Positions 10,437 through 19,746 of a DNA stretch of 64,000 nucleotides are shown in pieces. The notes under the pieces were generated by a model that worked only from the letters and a program-made list of their open reading frames with translations, did not search any database and was not told where the DNA came from. Within the stretch, counting starts at the first letter, position 1; the number at the start of each line of letters is the position of its first letter. This stretch comes from Basidiobolus meristosporus CBS 931.73 (Eukaryota > Fungi > Basidiobolomycota). The position numbers were made by a program, and so were the translations under genes. The stretch is from NCBI GenBank assembly GCA_002104905.1, contig MCFE01000026.1, positions 1 to 64,000 of the forward strand, given 5' to 3'.

Positions 10437-10841
10437 TTACTGCAGAAGATTCCTGGCTGCTAAGAGAAGCGCACTGGTAAAAATTATACTTGGTGTACTG
10501 CGCATGCCTTGATTGGCTACTGTATTGTTAGGATTTGGTACCCCACTGTTTACCGGATAGTTTGTAGCACTTGGATGCGCTACCACTTGAGAGGAAGTTG
10601 CTCCAATGGCAGTTTGTGAGGGTTGGCCGTTTGTGGTAACTGCAAGTGCTGGAATGCTGGAATGTTGGGCATTGCAGAAGCCTTCACCAGCTCCACAGAA
10701 TCCCCAGGGAGAGCAGCATGATCCAGCTGGGCATTCGATTCCATTTCCACATGTTCCATCGACACTCAAAACACTTGCTGCGGGCTTTATGAGATATGAA
10801 GCAAAGGTAAGAATGGAGAAGGCAGCAATGGCAAATCGCAT
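10437..10841 (-). CDS. Third, diverged hevein/CBM18 secreted protein in the IR spacer, likely GPI-anchored
   Basis: Signal peptide; VDGTCGNGIECPAGSCCSPWGFCGAGEGFC; S/T/P stalk; hydrophobic C-terminus; TATA-like element near 10903-10910 on the minus strand. Confidence 0.88.
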   Translation of the reverse strand: MRFAIAAFSILTFASYLIKPAASVLSVDGTCGNGIECPAGSCCSPWGFCGAGEGFCNAQHSSIPALAVTTNGQPSQTAIGATSSQVVAHPSATNYPVNSGVPNPNNTVANQGMRSTPSIIFTSALLLAARNLLQ

Positions 10842-11111
10842 GATAGTATTAGAGAATTAGAATGTTAGGGGTTAATGGTGGCTTCTGGCTCTAAAATTTG
10901 CACTTATATACATAGCAACATGAAATTTTCCGTAAGCGAAAACTGTAGATTGTCTTCACTATTTTGCCATTTACATTTTGAATTGTTTAAGCAACATCAG
11001 GAAGTTATACTGCATTCAATAAAATATCCGATTATGTTCAGTCATATCATAATAGCATTTGTATGACTCCTAGCTTTTAATCTTTTGGTTGGCTAATTCA
11101 AGCGATTGGTA

Positions 11112-11960
11112 CCTCTACAGCGAATCAGAATAAGCACTATGCAATGTCATGAACGTATTCTCATGCTTAATAGCTTGGCCATTCTACGTGATCTTCTTTA
11201 TGCATAAACGGATGATGTCAAGGAAGATGACTGCCACACTCTTGGGATGACTCGAGTGAGCATTGATACAGAATACCAGGGGATGTGAGTTGATATAAAA
11301 TACCAGAGGATGTGAGTAACTGAACACCAACAAGCCAACAATCGAGAGACCTTCCCTAGAGACCTTTCGTACAAGTCAAATCCAAAGAGAAACAGAAGCG
11401 ATCCTTGACAACCAGCAAGCAGTGATCATCCTCGAGATACGCGAAATCAAGAAAACCAGCAAAGCAGCGGCAAAACCACACCAAGCAAACGGAGTGAATC
11501 CTCGTACAAACTCATATTAGTCCACTTGAAGTAACAATGAGATTCTCCATTATCCTGACTCTTTTAGTTACATGCGGGATCTCAGCCAGCCAGGCGGCGC
11601 TGAGTGTTGATGGCAGATGCGGGAATGGAGTCGAGTGCCCAGCCGGGTCCTGCTGCTCACAGTGGGGATTCTGTGGAGTGGGGCCTTCATTCTGCGGGAA
11701 TGGCTCAGGCGGGGGTAGCAGCACCGGGAACGGGAACGGGAATGGGAATAATGGAGACGCTGGTCAACCCAACAACCAGCAGCCCCCGAGTCAACCAGGC
11801 GATGGCGGAGGAAACAATGCAGGCAACGAGCCTCAACAGCCAGCGGCTACACCTGTACCAGCGGCCACGAATACCCCGGCGGCAAACCCCAACCCTCAAA
11901 CCACCCCCAACAATAGCAACAACAATAACCATGCCAATGGAGCGAACTGGAACCAAGCTA
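11112..11960. repeat. Right arm of 849-bp inverted repeat
   Basis: Reverse complement of 9347-10195. Covers about 425 bp of promoter/leader and most of the CBM18 CDS. Confidence 0.97.
11294..11300 (+). promoter_or_regulatory. Candidate TATA box of CBM18 copy B (mirror at 10007-10013 for copy A)
   Basis: TATAAAA followed by an AUG-free leader running to ATG 11537. Confidence 0.6.
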
Positions 11961-12022
11961 GTACACCTGTGAATGTCTTGGTAGGCATGGCTATGGCAGT
12001 ATATTTGTATCAGTTGATGTAA
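11537..12022 (+). CDS. Secreted hevein/CBM18 chitin-binding protein, likely GPI-anchored (copy B)
   Basis: Protein identical to copy A through ...NWNQA, then a different hydrophobic tail (STPVNVLVGMAMAVYLYQLM). Confidence 0.9.
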   Translation: MRFSIILTLLVTCGISASQAALSVDGRCGNGVECPAGSCCSQWGFCGVGPSFCGNGSGGGSSTGNGNGNGNNGDAGQPNNQQPPSQPGDGGGNNAGNEPQQPAATPVPAATNTPAANPNPQTTPNNSNNNNHANGANWNQASTPVNVLVGMAMAVYLYQLM

Positions 12023-12048
12023 ACCTGAAAAGATAAAGTTGTACTTGA

Positions 12049-12723
12049 TTACGCAGAAAAATGCAATAATGATCTATTTGATTTATTGATGGTGCTTTTG
12101 GTTTTTGATAGTGTAGAATTGCTACCCAAATTCTCCAAGATAATATTGATTTTCTGGTTGAACAAGGCAGATGTATCCGTATGAATTTGGATTTTTTCCA
12201 GCATATCTTGGAAGATAGTTGATGAATTATCCAGACTTGTGTGATTAAGATTTACCAACTCTCCGCCTTGCTCCAAGCTGTTCTTGAGTCCAGATTCATA
12301 GCCGTATGCCTCGCCTGCAATCACACCCTTGGTGTATCCGGATTTTTCACCAAGCTCTATCCCTTTGTCTCTGCCATCATGGAACCCAGCCCAATAACCA
12401 TCCCTTTGCCCATGCTTTTCCCCTTTGTTGCGTCCGTGCTTTTCCCCTTCCTTCTGCCCTCTTTCCTTTCCTTTCGAGTAGCCACGGAAATAACTTTTTT
12501 CTAATCCAGCTTGGTATCCTTCAGAATAGGCACTTTTGCGACCTTCAGAATACCCCTCATCGTAATCATCCAGGGCCTGTGCTTTATCGATTGGCTTTGC
12601 AGTTGTGGGTAGCACCCCATTCGCTGTGCCTGTCATATTCAAGCTCTCAACAATGCTAGTGCCTACGACTAGTTTCTCCAACGTCGTAAAGCAGCATATC
12701 CAGGCAAAAACAAATGATCGCAT
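12049..12723 (-). CDS. Putative secreted protein with a long GxxxG (GX3) repeat; function unknown
   Basis: Intronless 224-codon ORF from ATG 12723 with TATA-like TATATA upstream; hydrophobic N-terminus; 24 tetrapeptide units; six N-glycosylation sequons. Confidence 0.75.
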   Translation of the reverse strand: MRSFVFAWICCFTTLEKLVVGTSIVESLNMTGTANGVLPTTAKPIDKAQALDDYDEGYSEGRKSAYSEGYQAGLEKSYFRGYSKGKERGQKEGEKHGRNKGEKHGQRDGYWAGFHDGRDKGIELGEKSGYTKGVIAGEAYGYESGLKNSLEQGGELVNLNHTSLDNSSTIFQDMLEKIQIHTDTSALFNQKINIILENLGSNSTLSKTKSTINKSNRSLLHFSA

Positions 12724-12937
12724 TGAGAGAGTATTTCCGAGCACGTACCCTATATATCTAATATCTCACATCTAATGAAACCTACTGTTTCAATCAATAA
12801 GAGTCTATTTTAATCCAACAGAGTAGGCAGTCCTAAATCAATGTTTCACCAAGAAATGGGACGTTGAGGAATGGTTCGGGAGATTAAATAGAAACAAGTC
12901 TTCAAAATTGGGCTATGTTTTGAAAAGCATCCTTGGA

Positions 12938-13996
12938 TTATATACTGAGAAGCATCCCGATAATGACTATGTTTAGAAGCAGAGTTGGTGCAATGTCGGG
13001 TGCTATCGATTTATCCTCAATGGCAGTGGTATTGTCGGTTAACAGCACAGGATATTTCACGGTACAATTTGCGTCAACGGAAGGAGTTTGATGATCGGCA
13101 TGTACATTCTCATCCTTGTACCACTGCTTGTCACCTAAACACTCGGGAATGGTAACAATCTTGTAGCAAGCATCCTCGACCATTTTAATGATATCTGGAG
13201 CAGCTATTATAGAGGCATAATGATCGTCATGGTGAAGCGAAAGAATCTGATGCTTCGTGGGATCGATATGTTGCAAACTCTTGGCATATACGCTTCGAAC
13301 ATGATCTGGGCTCTGATGAAGCCAATCTTCAGTATCCATATTCCAGAATACCGTCTGGTACCCCAATCCTTTCAACAACTTGAGCTGCGCCGGATTGTTG
13401 GAGCCTGAGGGAGGGCGAAAGTACCGCACACGTTTTCCGATGGCGTCGTATATGACCTCTTCAGCTTTAATCAAATCTTCTCGAACCTCATTCTCTGGGA
13501 TAGTTTTAAGCGTGGTATCAATATGGTTGTACGTGTGGGAGCCAATGTGGTGACCTTCATCGTAGGCTCTCTTTACGATAGACTTCAGGTCTGGGTTCTC
13601 CAGTGCATTTCCGATCACGAAGAAAGTAACCCGTAGTCCTTTTGCCTTGAGTGTGTCAAGTAATTGTTCGGTCAGCGCGTGTGGACCATCAACGAATGAC
13701 ATTGCGACTGTGCCGGGGATACTGCAATGACTAATGAATGTTCCGACGGGTGGAGCAGACTTCCTACTTGCTTCTGGGTGGCCATCGCATTGGAACAGAC
13801 AGTCAACCTTACAGAAGGACTCCCCTTTTCCACAGAACCCATACTTTGAACAGCAGAACCCTACCGGACATTGAACCAAAGGGGCTTGGCTACACTCACG
13901 CATCATGGGGTCAGCAGCACCTATGACTCCGCTGATCATACCCAATATGGTTACAATTGAGGCGACACGATACGAACAAGAACGAAGGAAGAGCAT
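12938..13996 (-). CDS. CBM18 plus CE4 (NodB) polysaccharide/chitin deacetylase-like protein with degenerate catalytic motifs
   Basis: Signal peptide; CPVGFCCSKYGFCG CBM18; NodB motifs SFVDGP, HTYNH, RPPSG, DTEDW, LHHD; hydrophobic C-terminus. Confidence 0.92.
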   Translation of the reverse strand: MLFLRSCSYRVASIVTILGMISGVIGAADPMMRECSQAPLVQCPVGFCCSKYGFCGKGESFCKVDCLFQCDGHPEASRKSAPPVGTFISHCSIPGTVAMSFVDGPHALTEQLLDTLKAKGLRVTFFVIGNALENPDLKSIVKRAYDEGHHIGSHTYNHIDTTLKTIPENEVREDLIKAEEVIYDAIGKRVRYFRPPSGSNNPAQLKLLKGLGYQTVFWNMDTEDWLHQSPDHVRSVYAKSLQHIDPTKHQILSLHHDDHYASIIAAPDIIKMVEDACYKIVTIPECLGDKQWYKDENVHADHQTPSVDANCTVKYPVLLTDNTTAIEDKSIAPDIAPTLLLNIVIIGMLLSI

Positions 13997-14385
13997 GAGG
14001 AATTAAAGAGCATAACGGTTTCTTTTATCGGGAGGAGTGGCATCAAACGGAACCTAATTAGTTCAAACTAAAATCCACTGAATATAACCAAAAGTTCTCG
14101 ATCAATTTAAACATATATGTTTGTTGGGAGGGAGGGGGATTTCTATAAGCATGATGATGAAAAATCGCGAGAACCGCGAGAATGGCAGGAAAGAGATCGT
14201 GTCTCGTTGTGTGGGCAGTTTACAAAGGAGTGGTGAAATATAAAAATACATCAAAGAAGAATGCAATTTCTTGTCTATGTCTAATGCATCTGATTCGTGA
14301 TTGAAGATTCGACGTTACCGTTGGATATGCTTTGACAATGATGGCGTACGGTCTACCAGGTCACATGGTTAGTCGAAGCTTCAAA

Positions 14386-17300
14386 TTATTCTAGCCAACT
14401 ACTGACCAGATATTCTTCTACCAACTTATCTGCTTCTACTGTATCTAACACGTGCAGATATCTCGACCTAGCCTTAGCTCTTGTTCTTCCACGAGGTGGT
14501 CCATTTTGCTCCAATTTGCAGATCACCTTCATGTACCCTCTTAGATATGGTACACCAGTATTCTTGATGCTTACATAAACCGCTGGCGAGAGGGCTAAAT
14601 CTAGTGGGACCAACTTCTCTAGCGCGCTGTAAACAGGAAATTTAAAGAACCGCTCCCATAGGATAGTGCTTACGATACCTACCGCGAAGTAGAACATTCA
14701 TCGATATCCTCAGTTTCAAAAATCAACTGGTGCTCAACCTGACCAACTGAAAGCCCTGCGCTACAGTTGTGTTCCTTTGTCTTGGCTGACAATTGAAGAC
14801 GGCTCAGGACTTCATGATATATACGGATCTCATCATCCACTGCGAGATGGTCCCATGGAGTAGGAGTTTTATAGACAATAGGAGGCCCTTGATTGTCGCT
14901 TTTTGACGGAGCATATACATCTGGCTCTAATACCTAAAATGATATTGTTAGTTGGCAAGCAACGAAGCAGGCACGATCTGACCTATTACTTACCTGTAGG
15001 CTTCTTGCCTCATTGAGGCCCAGATACGCTGCTCCGAACGACAGATTCTCCGCGTATGCGCACATAGATTCAAGCATATGTAGTTGCGAACGATTGTCTT
15101 CAGCATTACTTGGCTTATCACTATCATCCGATGCTGGCAACTGTGCAACTGTGCCACTTTCAGACAAAGAATCAATCTCAGCCTTGATTAGCTTTTCCGA
15201 CAGCCAGTACTGACGCTTCCCGAACTTGGAGATGTGTTCACACTGATCCAGTAGTTCACTCCAAACACTTTCCAGATTCTCCCCATGCGATTCCAATGCA
15301 CTAAAGTGATCAGCGATGCCAAACATTCCAGCCAAAGGCAGATTACATCGTTGGAAAGTGCTCAAATCCTTCGATTCGTCAGTGGGGGTAGGCACAAAGT
15401 GCTCATCGTCGATCTTCTGACGTTTCAACGGGCCCTCTTCTCCCTCGATATCACGCTTCTTGGTCTCCGGCGCTGGTGCCTCTTCTTCACCAGGACACTC
15501 TGGAGATTTGATGGATTTGCACCAGAATTGTAGGCATTGTAAGGTTTTCCGAACGTCCCCGTCATTCATATGGCAGATTTGCCGAATTTCCAGGGGATCC
15601 ACAAAATACCCTTCTAGCAAGCATATGAGATTTGTGTACAATGCCAACTCCTCGACGTTTGGCTTGTCGAAGTGAAGAACAGTCTGCAAATTCACCTCCC
15701 ACGTAGGGACTTTACTAAGATCGTTGCATGTGATGATTATAGGCCGTTTCGACTTCTCTACCAAAGCCACAATAGAACCCCAAAAATTTCGATCCTCTTC
15801 GAACAATATGTCAGCTTCCTCGATCAATATCAATGACTGTTTCGTGGTGGGTTGTCTTGTGTCAGCTTCAGTGGGTACCAGCATATCATGCCTGGAGTTC
15901 CAGCCACGACTTGCAACCAAATGACTCTGACTCATCTCGCCTACAAGGTTCAACATGTCTCTGCCAGAACGCTTCATTCCTGGATTGATTTCGAAAACCT
16001 CATAACCAGCGGTATCTGCGCATGTATAGACAGAGCTGGTCTTGCACGACCCAGTCCCTCCATCCAATAAAATCACCTTCGATGTTACTCTAAAGCTGTC
16101 AAGGTTCTGAGGCTTCATACGCTTTCTACCGAACTTGTTGAATGTGGTTTGAAATTCTTCTGAAGAAGAATACCCCTTTTCTGGGTTGAACTCCTCCTCA
16201 TCGCTTGATACAACCCGCCTGCATCTACTCCGGTTTCCATTTTTTCTGCCAGGTGCCACTTGGTCTTCGGCTTTGCTGACGGACGGATTTACTTTTAAAT
16301 GATTGAGCCATTCCAGTAGATAATTCAGGTTCCGCTGGTTGTCTAGCATGCCAGTTGTCACTTTGGGTCTGTATTTGTCAAACCAGGGCAACGTTCCATC
16401 TGAAAATGGTTTTTCTGCTAGCAGTAATCGTTGGTAGAGGGGATGGCACGCAGATGACTTCAAAAGCGTTTCGCCATACACGCTTTCAAAATGATTCTGT
16501 AGCTGACCTGATGACAAGCGAACGGTCGGGTCTGTGGCAATCATCTTGCCTTTCGTGGAGTTCGCATCGAGAGTTACGCAACGTTGAAAGAATTGGTTTG
16601 CTTGTTGGGTAATTCCAGAGCTGTTGTAGATAGGGATTTCCCTTCTAGGCAATGCGGTTTCGGTTTTAACGATGGGCTCCTCTTCAAGCTGACGCACATG
16701 GCCGTGTTGATGGAGGAAGGCTTGTGGGTACATGGCTGGGTATTGGGGTGTCTTCGACATTTCGATCTTGGGTGTTACGCTCGAAAATTTAGATAATGCG
16801 CGAGGTTGTAAAAATGGATGTGCCTCGCGTCCGCTATAGAAACTTGCAAGCAACTCTCTAGACGTTCCATTCGATAGCCCCAATCCAATATGTGTGTGTT
16901 CTGATACTTGAGGACAATCAGAGTGACTGGCGTTCGTTGTGCTCAAAATCGGAAAGTCGGCTGCCTCTATAGTATCTGACCGCCGCTGAGGTTTAGTGAA
17001 GAATGGATGAACTGCTACTGGGGTCTCATGAGCCACTGGCGTTTCTTCTTTATCATCGCTAGGTTTTGCTTTATCTTTCAGGAAGAATGGATGAATATGA
17101 TCGCTCACTGGTTTCACATCTTTAGGAAGATCGGCGCTTGCTACAGACCCTGTGTTCTCACAAACGGAATCGCCTTTCTCTACAGGTTGGGCTGACAACT
17201 GTGGTAGCTCAGGCTTTTCTTCTAGGGCTGGTGGATACAACACAAAGCACAACCGGATGAGCATATTCCCACGTCATTTGGCAATCTACAATAATTGCAT

Positions 17301-17907
17301 ACCTGGTTTCTCTAACGCAAATGCCTCAATGGTGGCTGTATTTTCACCTAGAGTTGGAGTTTTTCTGGCCGATTTCTTTGGTTTGGGACTTTTCGGTTGT
17401 GGTGGGGGAACAATCTCTTCATCAAATATGAGCGGTACGAAATATTGGCTGACTGGCTTACTTTTTAATCTAACAGAACGTCGCTGGGTACCAAGTGATT
17501 GATCTGATGTAGCGACATCCTTTGCCAACGGCTCTGTCGTAGCATCAACAGCGGAGGAACTCTTCAACTCTAAGGGAATGCGCTTAGGCCTACCCCTCTT
17601 TGGCTTCACCAGTTCTTCTGTGGGCTTTATTTGTTCCGAAGCACTTTCTACTTGATAAGAAGAGCAAGAATGGACTGTCAACAAGATTGTATATTGCAGC
17701 ACGAAAATGAAATGTACGGTCGAATAGATCTAGAGAAGAAATACCTTGTACTTTGCTGTCAACTGATGGTAATGTATGGGGAATCCCCTCCGAATCTACC
17801 TCCAACGGGTTTTTCGACGGGTTAAAAAACTTGGCTATATCGAGGGTTTTCATTTTCGGAGGCTTTTCATTTAGAGGGTGTTCACTGGGGAGACTCGGTG
17901 AAGACAT
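14386..17907 (-). CDS. ELG1: Elg1/ATAD5 RFC-like AAA+ subunit (PCNA unloader), multi-exon
   Basis: GGTGSCKT P-loop, GYEVFEINPGMKRSG, SLILIEEADILFEED...KRPIIITCND. Exons can be joined by GT-AG introns from ATG 17907 to TAA 14386. Confidence 0.88.
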
Positions 17908-18152
17908 AAGCAAAGGAATCTGAGGAGGAACGGTGAATCAGAGTGGACTCCTGAACTACAAACAGAGTGACAAATAACGAACCGAATATCCACACGATTA
18001 CTAGAAACGTATGTTTATTTAAAATTTCAAGAGTAAACAACTTTTGACTAAATCATAACTATGACTGCGATTTTTAGTACACGGATATAGGATCACTCAT
18101 TAATTATTAGGTTGATCATTCTAAATAGAGAGCTACTATTACTGTAGAATCA

Positions 18153-18503
18153 TCACATGATCTGACATGAACAAGGGGGTGGACTTTGGGTTGGCTCTAT
18201 GTTGTATCTACTGGTGCGTTTGATGGCTCGTTCAATGGCCGTGTTAGGAATCATGAGATCCCGTTTTGACACTGCATAATTGATCAGTGAGCAGCTTGCC
18301 TGGGAAACTGCAATCCGTTCCCGGGAAAGGTCCAGCGTCAGTGTGTGGCATTCTCGAATCTCTTTATCTGTGGTAGCAGTGTCTGGGAGTGCTTGCGGTA
18401 TTACTCCCACTCGAGTCTTTCTGGGCCTCTCCAGACGTGTCGCAAGTCCGCTGGACTTCACTAGAAGCTTGGCTCCCTTCAATGAGGGTTGATGGCAGAC
18501 CAT
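18153..18503 (-). CDS. Heterotrimeric G-protein gamma subunit (GGL domain), divergent, intronless
   Basis: DLSRERIAVSQASCSLINYAVSKRDLMIP fits the fungal GGL pattern. Ends CSCQIM (CaaX plus upstream Cys). TATAAAT and a CT-rich leader lie upstream. Confidence 0.72.
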   Translation of the reverse strand: MVCHQPSLKGAKLLVKSSGLATRLERPRKTRVGVIPQALPDTATTDKEIRECHTLTLDLSRERIAVSQASCSLINYAVSKRDLMIPNTAIERAIKRTSRYNIEPTQSPPPCSCQIM

Positions 18504-19648
18504 GATAGTTTGGGATTGGGAAGTGGTTTAAACCGTAGGAGAGCAAATGCCAAGAGAAGAGGGGGTTAGGGAGAATACTGAATATGGTGATAAGTGTGGG
18601 GTATTTATATCATTTTAAGTGATAGACGCATGCAAGATTTGGAAGAGCTGAAAACCTGTTCTCCGACAAGTAGGAGCGCTGAATGGCTGATGGAACTGAG
18701 AAATGATGCAGGCGAAAGTGACATTTGAGAGCGATTCAGTTCTGTTGGTCATAGGAACTCCCACATTTGGCATTCATGTCTGCCCATGTCAATTTAAGCA
18801 ACCTTGCGAATTCCTTGATTTTTAATTTGAGCACAATTCTGACAGCCGCAAAAGTAAACGTTCGAGTAGCAGGCAATGGCTTTATCCTAGTTAATTTCCT
18901 ATTTCCAGATTCTGTTGGATATTACTGTTGACTAACTGCAGAAATCTCGTAAATAGCCTGCTCTCTACCACCCACAGACCTACACTCTCACCAATGTCCA
19001 ATCAGGGACCAGATCGCAAGAACTAGCTGGAGCTTGGATCATATAGTGTGTATATTATGGCATACACGGTCATCAACCTGCTGAACGAAAAGTTGTTAGC
19101 CTTCAGGAATTTTCAGCTTTCGAGACATCTTATCTCAGCCCTAACAAACCTCAATGCACTGCATATGATGAGGGAAGTGGATGGCATTCGTTGCCCTTTA
19201 ATTACGGTGTGATTCAAGCCAGTTTCATCATTCTCGGGGATACCAACGAAGGTATGTTTCGTATCAATTGCTCATACAAATGTTTGAATATAACCCGGAA
19301 TGGTATGTAGCTCATTATTGCATACGCATAGACTTCGAACTTTCCTTCGTATCTCGAGCATGGAGCAGAAGGAATTATGTGGCGGTGGTCATTGGATAGG
19401 GGAGGGGGAGGCCCAGCAGTATTACTGGGCGAAAGTGGCCAAGACAAGCATCCACTGAAAGGTACTATATTCGGAGACATTCGAATCAAACTCACATTTC
19501 TAGAAAAAGATGCATTGTCGAGATTAGTCGTCATAAGGAAAGCATTGCATGAAAATAGATTTGTGCGCCTTGTTTGACAATAATCTTGGAGCTACGGCAA
19601 GGTCAGCGATGACCACATAGCCAATGATATCACATCGCAAAGGCATCC

Positions 19649-19746
19649 AACTGGCATCATTTGGCAATCTCAGAACTGGCATCATTTGGTAATCTCAGGG
19701 ATTTCCAGCTGGCATCATTTCAAACATCACAATCTCAAGGATTTTC
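19649..19746. repeat. Degenerate 25-bp tandem repeat (2 near-identical units plus 1 diverged)
   Basis: AACTGGCATCATTTGG(C/T)AATCTCAG twice, then AGCTGGCATCATTT...AATCTCAAGG. Confidence 0.8.

Noticed and set aside
9335-11972. Duplicated alternative-frame ORFs (122, 83 and 70 aa) in the IR arms
   Set aside because: They are shadows of the GC-rich CBM18 coding sequence; useful only as confirmation of arm identity.
18960-19580. ORFs 19214-19534 (-) and 19377-19577 (+), plus GTATGT donor-like sites
   Set aside because: No consistent spliced model or recognisable domain could be built.
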